The position numbers were made by a program, and so were the translations under genes. 64,000 nucleotides of DNA. Origin: Candidatus Yonathbacteria bacterium RIFCSPLOWO2_01_FULL_47_33b. Lineage in GTDB: Bacteria; Patescibacteriota; Minisyncoccia; Phycocordibacterales; UBA1550. Below are positions 56,595-64,000 of the stretch, piece by piece (the first letter of the stretch is position 1; every line of letters begins with the position of its first letter). The stretch lies in contig MHUW01000016.1 in the NCBI GenBank assembly GCA_001823575.1, positions 2,099 through 66,098 on the forward strand, given 5' to 3'. The notes under the pieces are model-generated. The model made no database searches and was not told where the DNA came from. It worked only from the letters and a program-made list of their open reading frames with translations.

Positions 56595-57230
56595 TTATGG
56601 ATTAAGGTTTCCAACATTATCATCTAAGGGTGGAGGGAGATCTAATGGGTCAAGGAGCTTAAATGAGTTATCTTCCCACAAGAAATAGTATGGGCGGACT
56701 TCGACAAGGTCTCGTCCTGGTGGATTTGTACAGCCTGTTTCTTTAGCTATTTTTTTAATTAACCAAAGAGGGTCGACAATAAGGAGGTTGCTATCTTTTT
56801 TATATTCAAAACCCATATTGGCAACATAGGGGAATGGGTACGCTTTGCCCGTGTTAGTATCTACGACTGCGAGCTCGTTACCAATCCCTGTGAAGCCCCA
56901 TTCTGCAATGACATAGTGCCCTGCAAAGTTTACATCATTTTTTAATGCCTCGTTGATCGTTGTCTTAAATCTGCGAGCAATGAAACTACTGTTGAGGTCT
57001 AATGGTGCTGTTGCCCCCGTAAAGATGTCTTCTGGTGGGTACTGTTCAAAAGTTGTAAAAGGTTTTTCATTGCCCCAGTTGGTAGCTATTTCGTCGGAAC
57101 ATTGGATATCAAAGGATTCGCTAGTAGTTTTCTCTTTATAGCGCAAACCCAAAAACATAATCCCAACAATAGACAGAGCCAGGCACACAATAGCTGTTTC
57201 GTTGATTGTAGGATGTTTCTTAAATTTCAT
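56595..57230 (-). CDS. Hypothetical secreted/membrane-anchored protein
   Basis: Signal anchor MKFKKHPTINETAIVCLALSIVGIMFLG is paralogous to the N-terminus of the next gene. Confidence 0.4.
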   Translation of the reverse strand: MKFKKHPTINETAIVCLALSIVGIMFLGLRYKEKTTSESFDIQCSDEIATNWGNEKPFTTFEQYPPEDIFTGATAPLDLNSSFIARRFKTTINEALKNDVNFAGHYVIAEWGFTGIGNELAVVDTNTGKAYPFPYVANMGFEYKKDSNLLIVDPLWLIKKIAKETGCTNPPGRDLVEVRPYYFLWEDNSFKLLDPLDLPPPLDDNVGNLNP

Positions 57231-57246
57231 ATTTTTATAGATAGAG

Positions 57247-57900
57247 TTACTGCTTATCTTCCACCTCAATATAGCCAATTTGTTGCTCAAAGATGGGAAC
57301 AAATAGACCATTTTTATAGACAAATCGTGTTCTGGTATTTCCCGTTGCACAGCACCTCCCTCCTGGAAAATCCTCATTTTTGTACCAGTTAGCATAAAAA
57401 CCATTGAGGGTTGCTGTGGAGTCTATCCAACCCCCATCTGTCACAAGTGTAAAGATAACTTTGCCACCCTTTACTACTTCTTGCCGATCAGGGCAGTGAT
57501 TTGCCCCATCAGAGCAAATACTAACTATTCGTTCCTTGTTCCCGTCGTTATCTACATCAAAGTAAGCAGCGTCAGAACTAACCTCCCCATCTTTTAGCAG
57601 TTGTTCAGTAGTGGAAGCCTGGTGTTTTTCGTTAGAATAAGAATCATTAGAAATTGTTATGACTGTCGTCGGATATGAGCGAGACTCTACCTCGCCTGAA
57701 AATTGTGCCCAAGTGTCGGTTCCACCGAGCCACCCACCTTCAGGGAAGTATTTTAAGGGGAAGTTCAGTGTCTGTTTGTCTGTCTCTTTTTCTAATTTTT
57801 GAGTTGAAGTCTTTTGTGTGTACAAAAAAGTTAAGACAATAAGAAGTAACACTGAGCAAGCGATGGCCGTCTCATTAAGTTTTAGATATTTTTTGAGCAT
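57247..57900 (-). CDS. Hypothetical secreted/membrane-anchored protein (paralogous N-terminus)
   Basis: Signal anchor MLKKYLKLNETAIACSVLLLIVLTFLY. Confidence 0.4.
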   Translation of the reverse strand: MLKKYLKLNETAIACSVLLLIVLTFLYTQKTSTQKLEKETDKQTLNFPLKYFPEGGWLGGTDTWAQFSGEVESRSYPTTVITISNDSYSNEKHQASTTEQLLKDGEVSSDAAYFDVDNDGNKERIVSICSDGANHCPDRQEVVKGGKVIFTLVTDGGWIDSTATLNGFYANWYKNEDFPGGRCCATGNTRTRFVYKNGLFVPIFEQQIGYIEVEDKQ

Positions 57901-57913
57901 ATTTAGGAGTTAT

Positions 57914-58831
57914 TTATCTTTTAGCGCAAACTCTTCCGTAAAGACCATCGTAGCAGTGAATTTGATAGGAGCTTCCGTCTGGCGTATGAGCCGTTCCGAA
58001 ATCTGTGTTTAGTTCATCCATGCGAAATTCTATTTTTTGAGGGAACGAACTTGGTGCATTTGTAGGGACAGACAGGTCTTGCAGTAAGGGTCTTTGCATG
58101 TAATCACTCAAACTGCTAGCCCCACTGTAGTTTATACTTTGACTCGTCGGAGTATCGATATGCAAAGATCTGTTTGGGCGATATGAATCATCGACAGCAG
58201 AAGATGCTTGGATCCGTGCGATTTCCATCTGTATCTCAAGTGTGCAGTACTCATCAAGGCATTCGTTACCCTTGAAGGTAAGGTTTTTCTTTACTGTAAC
58301 TTGATTCTTTTCGGTTGCTAATAATTCTTGGTGTGCGAAATACAGACGATCGGCCGTATCTCCTTTGTGTTGGTCGAAGTTTTCCCACCACTTATCATCT
58401 AGTTGTTTGTATGCCGACCCTTCTCCTGTGCCATACTTAGGGTCGTATTTTTTGTATGTTTTGAAAAACTTGATTACCTTATCCTTAGCTTCTGGGTTTA
58501 AAATTTTGTATCCCTCGTCGGCAAGCACCAATCTTTCCCAGAGTAACACATCTTCTTTTTTAGCCTTTATTTTGGCTTCTTGTTCTTCAAGTTCCCTCAT
58601 CTCTTTGTCTGTAAGAAAATCTGGTGCAGTGAAACTATTTTCAGGTTTCATAGTTTCTTCGTCGGGCTTAAACCCATCAAGGCTTTGGGATGAAATCGGT
58701 TCCATAGTTTTCGGAGGTACTACGACTGTTTGCTTAAAAAAGTTCCAACTAAAAGGGTTCCACCAAGATGCGTAGCTTACTGTTGGATAGGCGAATGTTA
58801 TGAGTATCGCTGTAAATAAAATCTTTTTCAT
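57914..58831 (-). CDS. Hypothetical secreted protein
   Basis: Cleavable signal peptide MKKILFTAILITFAYPTVSYA. W/K/E-rich. Confidence 0.45.
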   Translation of the reverse strand: MKKILFTAILITFAYPTVSYASWWNPFSWNFFKQTVVVPPKTMEPISSQSLDGFKPDEETMKPENSFTAPDFLTDKEMRELEEQEAKIKAKKEDVLLWERLVLADEGYKILNPEAKDKVIKFFKTYKKYDPKYGTGEGSAYKQLDDKWWENFDQHKGDTADRLYFAHQELLATEKNQVTVKKNLTFKGNECLDEYCTLEIQMEIARIQASSAVDDSYRPNRSLHIDTPTSQSINYSGASSLSDYMQRPLLQDLSVPTNAPSSFPQKIEFRMDELNTDFGTAHTPDGSSYQIHCYDGLYGRVCAKR

Positions 58832-59020
58832 ATCTCTGTGTTAATTTCGGCTTAAGACAAAGGTGGTAACCCCCAGTGCCATAAATAACCCACCACCAAT
58901 CACTGCGCCAAGAGATGATCCGCTATCTATGCTTGCAAATATACCCAGAAAAACCGCCCAAACTCCAATGAGTATTGATAAACTCCCTAGAATTTTTGTG
59001 AATGTGTTCATATTTTTATT

Positions 59021-59761
59021 TTAAGTTCTACTTTGGTTATGGACAACCGAGTTATCCGCATTACCTCCTTCGTGTCGTCGTTTCCATCGATCTTTGTTCT
59101 CTTGTGTGTGCGTTATGCAGTTTTCGTCTGTGCAATTAACAGCAAGGCATTTTGCGCAAAGAGGTTCGTCGCAGAGGCATATTTTTGTAGAGCCTGAATT
59201 TTTAGTATTTTTTAAACTATCAACGAGGTTTTGCAAATCTCTATAGAAACTATAACCCCAGAGCACTTTATCTGTTTCTCTTAAGGTGCCTAGATTAAAT
59301 TGTTTTTGTATCGCAAGACACCACCCTCGGTACTCGAAGTATTTTTCTGGTGTCCAGTTGTCTGGGTTTATCTTTATTTCTTCTTCATTATAAATATCTT
59401 TGATTGAATCTACGGCTCGATAGTCAGCAATAGTAAAGTCTTTAGGGAAGCAAACAGACAAAACAGCAGAAGCAATGGGTATCCCTATCCCATCGATATC
59501 AGTAAGTAGTGCTAGTCTTTCTTTGTCGTCCTTTGTTTTAAAAATATCATTTGTTAGTTCTTCGATAGATTTCTTCGATTTCAAAATACCCTTTAAAACT
59601 TTCGTTTTTGACCTGTTGGATTTCCAAATTATGATTGAAAAAAATTCTTGTTCAGTTAGGCTTTTGTTGGATTTAAAATTCTCACTAATCTCATTAAAAA
59701 GATACTCTTCTAAAGAATAGTATTGTTCGTAGGTGTTTAAATTTTCTATAGTTTTTTGCAT
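59021..59761 (-). CDS. Hypothetical protein with helix-hairpin-helix motif (LTDIDGIGIPIASAVL) and C-terminal Cys cluster
   Basis: HhH GIG motif read directly. CLCDEPLCAKCLAVNCTDENC cluster at the C-terminus. Start set at MQKTIENL. Confidence 0.35.
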   Translation of the reverse strand: MQKTIENLNTYEQYYSLEEYLFNEISENFKSNKSLTEQEFFSIIIWKSNRSKTKVLKGILKSKKSIEELTNDIFKTKDDKERLALLTDIDGIGIPIASAVLSVCFPKDFTIADYRAVDSIKDIYNEEEIKINPDNWTPEKYFEYRGWCLAIQKQFNLGTLRETDKVLWGYSFYRDLQNLVDSLKNTKNSGSTKICLCDEPLCAKCLAVNCTDENCITHTQENKDRWKRRHEGGNADNSVVHNQSRT

Positions 59762-59948
59762 ACAAAAAGCCCACCACATGAGTAACGACCGAAATCGTTC
59801 ATACAAGTTTCCCTGTATGGCCCGGAAAGACAACCCCATATGATGGGTTTTTTACGTCTTTCCGGGACTTTTTCGCCATGCCACTGATTACTCAAGGGTT
59901 TAGGCTACTTCTTTATTCAGTTGTACTTAAATCCTAACAGTTTTACGG

Positions 59949-60752
59949 TTGAATGGGAAGAAATCTGGTTTTTACGTTGTTTTTGGTATGATTACTACAA
60001 TGAGTGACAATCTGCACAGAAACATAGACTGGGATAAATTAAATAAAGTTCTCGCAAAAGAAGGAACAATTAAAGAAGAACTTTCTGGGGAACTTTTTAA
60101 TCTAGCAGATGGTATCAGTCCTGCTTACCGTAAAAATTTGACCACCAGAGAAATTCAGCTTGGCTTCTTCATTGCAGGAAGCACAACAAAAGAAACAATC
60201 GAGGATGAAGCTGTTGGGAATATTAAATTAACATATTTAGAGAGTCTTCAAAAAAGCAACATCATTGAATTTGTAAAACCAAAAACGACACGCGGGGACG
60301 AGTCTGGGAATAACGACATCTTCTTTCACTCTGCTGAAATAGTTTTTTACCCCAACAAACTCATGGGCTTCCTAAAAAAAGACCTCTCTTCTTTTGGTCA
60401 AAAAGTAGACCAATTAGCCTACTCTGAGCATGGCATTGGGTTCTTATCACTGAATGGGCAGAAGGTCCAAATTGGTTCTGACAAAAATATCAATTTCAAA
60501 CTACTAGAAACATTGTGTCCATTTGGTGAAGAAAAAGCGATGGAGACTGTATTCAGAGCCACGACCACCAGTAGATCAAAACATATAAATTCAAACTTAT
60601 CTCCCCTAGAAAAGCAAGGGGTTCTTCGTATGAGGATTAAAGAATTGCAGGACATACTCAAAAAAGAGGGTGTAAGGGTAACCTTAGGGTTTAACCACAA
60701 AGCAGGAACAGTCTACTTAAAAGAAAAGGAAGAGGGAGTGGAGGGGAAATAG
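59949..60752 (+). CDS. Hypothetical protein (267 aa)
   Basis: Clean ORF in the AT-rich element. No family recognised. Confidence 0.35.
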   Translation: MNGKKSGFYVVFGMITTMSDNLHRNIDWDKLNKVLAKEGTIKEELSGELFNLADGISPAYRKNLTTREIQLGFFIAGSTTKETIEDEAVGNIKLTYLESLQKSNIIEFVKPKTTRGDESGNNDIFFHSAEIVFYPNKLMGFLKKDLSSFGQKVDQLAYSEHGIGFLSLNGQKVQIGSDKNINFKLLETLCPFGEEKAMETVFRATTTSRSKHINSNLSPLEKQGVLRMRIKELQDILKKEGVRVTLGFNHKAGTVYLKEKEEGVEGK

Positions 60753-61026
60753 CGGGGATCTCCCCCGATATTAAGAAGGTAAAAAAACGAGCCTTATAAA
60801 GTTAGGTTCGTTTTTTTATTTTTCCTATCACCTAAAAAGTTATTGACATCAAAAAAGAGGTTTTGGTCAGATATCACTATGTCATCGACAAGTGAGGCCA
60901 AAAACAAAAAACAACCCTTGGACGAGGCAGTTGATTTGTTTGCTTCTATTATGGTCTCACTCATCGATGAGGTGGGTTTAGCAAAAAAAGAATCGCAAAG
61001 AGTCATCAGTAATTTATCCAACAATA

Positions 61027-61524
61027 ATGGAACCAATCAAAAAAATAATAGAGTCCTACCAACTCAACTCTAGTCCACGCTCACAAGGGGGTGCGAACAG
61101 GCAAGAGCCAGAATACGAGCAAGCTTTTACGAGACCTGCGGACTTCTCTGATAAACAGACAACATATTGCACTGTTTACAACGGACTTACTCCAAGATTT
61201 GATTTAACACCAATTGAAATTCTTGTCCTAGCGATGACAATAGGGCTTTCAAGGAAAAATAAACCCTGCATAGCCAGTCAATTGACGTTTGCGAGTACAT
61301 TCAATGTGTCCGACCCGACAGCACAAGAGGCATTAAAACGCTTAGAGAAGAAGGGCGTAATAGAGAGGACAGGTAGATTAAGTAGATACCGTACACACGA
61401 ATTAGTGTTAACCAAACAGGCAAGTGATTACTTGAGAAATTTGCAGGCGCAAATCAAACTCAAAAAAATACACAACGAAGAAGAGCGTAATCGGTCTAAA
61501 GATTCTTTAGATAATAATTATTAA
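61027..61524 (+). CDS. Winged-helix DNA-binding protein (possible regulator/directionality factor of the adjacent recombinase)
   Basis: IEILVLAMTIGLSRKNKPCIASQLTFASTFNVSDPTAQEALKRLEKKGVIERTG is wHTH-like. Directly upstream of the serine recombinase. Confidence 0.4.
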   Translation: MEPIKKIIESYQLNSSPRSQGGANRQEPEYEQAFTRPADFSDKQTTYCTVYNGLTPRFDLTPIEILVLAMTIGLSRKNKPCIASQLTFASTFNVSDPTAQEALKRLEKKGVIERTGRLSRYRTHELVLTKQASDYLRNLQAQIKLKKIHNEEERNRSKDSLDNNY

Positions 61525-61680
61525 TAATAAAGAATTAAATTTAACCTTCTTTATTTAAATAATTATTGTACCAAGTTTCTTTAGATGTGAGTTTGAGTTT
61601 CTTTATAGGTGCTCCTGCGAATGCGGATAACTCAGGTTGTCCTCTACAAGGTCGGAATATATTATTAAAAGCAAAGCATT

Positions 61681-63264
61681 ATGAAAAAAGAAAAAATTGC
61701 CGTGGGGTATTGTAGGGTTAGTACTGATGACCAAGCAGACAATGGACTTTCCCTTGATTACCAAGAGAAGCAATGTAAAAAATCAGCAAAAGAGGATGGG
61801 TATGAAAAAGTGACCATAATTAGAGATGAAGGTAAAAGTGGAACAAGTATAACCAAGAGGCCGGGGATGCGAGAAATAATACAAATGACTGAGAACAGCG
61901 AAATATCCGCTGTGTATGTAACCCACTCTGACCGTCTAGCACGCAGTGTGGTAGATCATTCTCTCATCAGAAATATATTCCGCAAGAATGGAGTAACTCT
62001 AAAATATCTCAACGGGCAATCCTCTGGCGATGACGCCTCTTCAATCGTTGCTGATAACATGTTCGCGGCTTTCAATCAGTACCATAGCGACAACACCAGA
62101 GAAAAAACAAAACAGGCTACAGACTCAAAAGCAAGAGCGGGGTACTTCCCCACTCACGCCCCTACGGGCTACATCAACGTCGCAAACCCTGACAAGAATT
62201 GTGAGAAAGTTGCAAAAAGAATTATTGTACCAAACCCTAAAACATCACCCCTCGTAACTGAGGCTTTTAATTCGTACGCAACAGGAAGATACAATGCATA
62301 CGAACTCAATGACCTACTGTATGAAAAAGGTTTAACCACAAACGCTAACAAAAAACTTACGCACAGCATGTTTTATGTGATGCTAAAAAACAGACTATAT
62401 CTTGGAGAAATCCACTGGCAGAGTATCCACATTAAAGAAGGCAAGCACGAGCCTCTCATTGATGAGGCGACTTTCAATCAAGTACAAAAAGTTATGTTAG
62501 AAAAATCTGGTAGTCGCTGTCGTCGAAGAAAATACTTCTGGCTTCTTAATGGATATGTTTTCTGCCCTGTTCATAACCGCAGGTTTACAGCAGAATGGCA
62601 CTTACCCAAAGGAAAGGCATACTATCACTGCCCGAACAAGAGTGGGTGTGGAAAATATATTGAGAAATCGGAACTTGAAAATCAAGTTGCGGAAAAATTC
62701 AAGGATCTACAATTCGACCCCACCTTTGTGGAATCCATTATTGAAAAAGTTAGGGCTACTTTTCAAGGAAGGAGAAAGGATTATGACTCCAAACAAAGGA
62801 CACTGATCAATCAAAAGAATGCGTGGGGAGCGAAACGCAAAGTCGCAGAAGACCGTCTGCTCGACCTTACCATTTCTAAAGAAGCCTATACTCGCATAGT
62901 TGATGAAATAGACTCTGCTATCAGTAGTTTGGACGACAAACTAGGGCAACTCAAAAAGGATAAGGATATCGACATTGAGCGAGCCGACGAGGTGCTTGGC
63001 TTCACCCAAGACCTCTACGGCACTTATATGAGCGCACCAGAGGCTCTACAGAAGCTTTTTATAGACTTCTTCTTTGACGGATTTGATGTCGTTGATGGGG
63101 TTATAATAAAAACGCGATACCGTCCATTATTTGAGGAATTAATGCGACTAAAAGTCATTACTTACAAAACACCGAAACTACAAAAACCCGTTGATAACGA
63201 AGGAAAGTCCTCGGTTATAATAAACCCACAATTGGGTGGCTACTGGGAATTGAACCCAGATTGA
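61681..63264 (+). CDS. Large serine recombinase (resolvase catalytic domain + recombinase domain + zinc ribbon + coiled coil)
   Basis: N-terminal VGYCRVSTDDQ with SDRLAR. Zinc ribbon CPVHNRR...CPNKSGCGKY. 527 aa. The last 30 nt overlap the tRNA-His 3' end. Confidence 0.85.
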   Translation: MKKEKIAVGYCRVSTDDQADNGLSLDYQEKQCKKSAKEDGYEKVTIIRDEGKSGTSITKRPGMREIIQMTENSEISAVYVTHSDRLARSVVDHSLIRNIFRKNGVTLKYLNGQSSGDDASSIVADNMFAAFNQYHSDNTREKTKQATDSKARAGYFPTHAPTGYINVANPDKNCEKVAKRIIVPNPKTSPLVTEAFNSYATGRYNAYELNDLLYEKGLTTNANKKLTHSMFYVMLKNRLYLGEIHWQSIHIKEGKHEPLIDEATFNQVQKVMLEKSGSRCRRRKYFWLLNGYVFCPVHNRRFTAEWHLPKGKAYYHCPNKSGCGKYIEKSELENQVAEKFKDLQFDPTFVESIIEKVRATFQGRRKDYDSKQRTLINQKNAWGAKRKVAEDRLLDLTISKEAYTRIVDEIDSAISSLDDKLGQLKKDKDIDIERADEVLGFTQDLYGTYMSAPEALQKLFIDFFFDGFDVVDGVIIKTRYRPLFEELMRLKVITYKTPKLQKPVDNEGKSSVIINPQLGGYWELNPD

Positions 63265-63307
63265 GAGTTCCACAAACTCTAGTGTTAACCATTACACCAT
63301 AGCCACC
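63235..63307 (-). tRNA. tRNA-His (anticodon GUG) with encoded G-1
   Basis: Hand-folded: G-1; acceptor GTGGCTA/TAGCCAC; D-stem GTGT/ACAC; anticodon stem AGAGT/ACTCT with loop TTGTGGA; T-stem CTGGG/CCCAG with loop TTCAATT; discriminator C. Confidence 0.8.
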
Positions 63308-63341
63308 ATGCATTTTTTGCCCTTACGGCCACACATGCCGT

Positions 63342-63911
63342 CTACTTGTACGTAGGCGGCTCCTCCGTTATACCAGATTTATGGTTCACTTGTCGAGCGA
63401 GCGCATAGAGGAGGCTGGAAAGGCGGTTTAGGTACGCAAGGGTCTCTTTGCCGACAGGAGTCACCCCCTCATCTGCCACCCCCACCACGCGGCGCTCGGC
63501 ACGGCGCGCAAGCGTGCGGGAAAAGTCGAGCGTAGCCGCAAGCTCAGTACCACCAGAAACAAAGAAACTCGTAATAGGTGGCAGCTCAGCCTCTATCGCG
63601 TCGATCATTACCTCCAGCCCCTTCACCTTGGCAGCTTCGATGTGCTTGTCTGCTCCCGCAACCTCCGCTTGGATGATAAAAAGATTTTGCTGAACCTCAT
63701 CAACGACACCCGCAAGAGAGAACGCTGTGTCGGGACCACCAGGCACGACAACCTCGGCCGAACGTGGGTTTACTTTAACCACCCCAAGAAATGAGTTTAC
63801 TTCATCAAGTGCACCCAGAGCCTCGGCAACCGCCGAGCTTTTTGAGATGCGCTGATCGCAACAACCAAACGTCTTGGTCGTGCCGTTGTCGCCTTTACCT
63901 GTGTAGAGCAT
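63342..63911 (-). CDS. PduO-type ATP:cob(I)alamin adenosyltransferase
   Basis: N-terminus MLYTGKGDNGTTKTF and overall 189-aa length are canonical for the PduO/MMAB family. Confidence 0.8.
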   Translation of the reverse strand: MLYTGKGDNGTTKTFGCCDQRISKSSAVAEALGALDEVNSFLGVVKVNPRSAEVVVPGGPDTAFSLAGVVDEVQQNLFIIQAEVAGADKHIEAAKVKGLEVMIDAIEAELPPITSFFVSGGTELAATLDFSRTLARRAERRVVGVADEGVTPVGKETLAYLNRLSSLLYALARQVNHKSGITEEPPTYK

Positions 63912-63939
63912 TTTTTAATCATACCAAACTTTGCACAAA

Positions 63940-63968
63940 TTGACAATAATGGTAATTTTTGATATAAT
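63940..63968 (+). promoter_or_regulatory. Consensus sigma70-type promoter TTGACA-N17-TATAAT driving a + strand gene that begins just beyond the window end
   Basis: Perfect -35 and -10 hexamers with a 17-nt spacer, read directly. AAGGAGG Shine-Dalgarno at 63994-64000. Confidence 0.55.
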
Positions 63969-64000
63969 TAGAACAGTTAATTCTTTGATTTTTAAGGAGG

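Larger units (their letters stand above)
47150..63264. mobile_element. Putative integrated element/genomic island (~15-16 kb, AT-rich) abutting tRNA-His. Left boundary approximate.
   Basis: Abrupt compositional shift after ackA. Carries a TA module, ATPase, HEPN-like modules, IS and secreted proteins. Serine recombinase at the tRNA-proximal end. Confidence 0.5.

Noticed and set aside
58851-59012. 54-aa hydrophobic ORF (MNTFTKILGSLSILIGVWAVFLGIFAS...) on the minus strand
   Set aside because: It is plausible as a small membrane protein, but too short to support without comparative evidence. Left uncalled.
1-64000. T-box leaders upstream of metG, glyS, ileS and argS
   Set aside because: No T-box consensus (AGGGTGGNACCGCG) or specifier/antiterminator architecture is evident in the short upstream regions.

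Overview
The first ~47 kb of this window is a gene-dense core region transcribed almost entirely on the minus strand, followed by an AT-rich integrated mobile element of about 15 kb next to a tRNA-His gene.

The core region contains:
- a partial rpsF, TatD, and aminoacyl-tRNA synthetases MetRS, GlyRS, IleRS and ArgRS
- RecO
- a contiguous dTTP-synthesis module (dcd, dut, tmk, divergent thyA)
- rplK-nusG-secE with no rplA
- a two-component system
- a very large tail-fibre-like surface protein
- pgi and a DsbA/VKOR pair
- a copper-resistance locus (csoR-copA)
- phosphoketolase and acetate kinase.

The gene content (minimal aaRS, xfp/ackA fermentation, L11 operon lacking L1, long perfect-palindrome terminators) suggests a small-genome Candidate Phyla Radiation / Parcubacteria-like bacterium. 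This is an inference; no search was possible.

The window ends with tRNA-His(GUG) and a PduO-type adenosyltransferase gene. A large serine recombinase ORF reads into the 3' end of tRNA-His, and the AT-rich element lies upstream of it. The element carries:
- an HTH-Panacea antitoxin with a toxin
- an ORC/Cdc6-like ATPase flanked by ~95-bp direct repeats
- two modules that each end in a small protein with an R-x-Q-L-h-H (HEPN-like) motif, one preceded by an 813-aa protein with a zinc ribbon and a PD-(D/E)xK-like C-terminus
- an IS1595-family insertion sequence
- several secreted proteins.

The most notable items are:
- a ~190-aa histidine-phosphatase (PGAM-like) domain inserted inside IleRS
- a poly-C(9) tract that separates a perfect signal peptide from the 1105-aa tail-fibre-like protein (phase variation or homopolymer error)
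- the candidate defense modules on the element.

The 5659..6021 hypothetical protein was examined without a family assignment.
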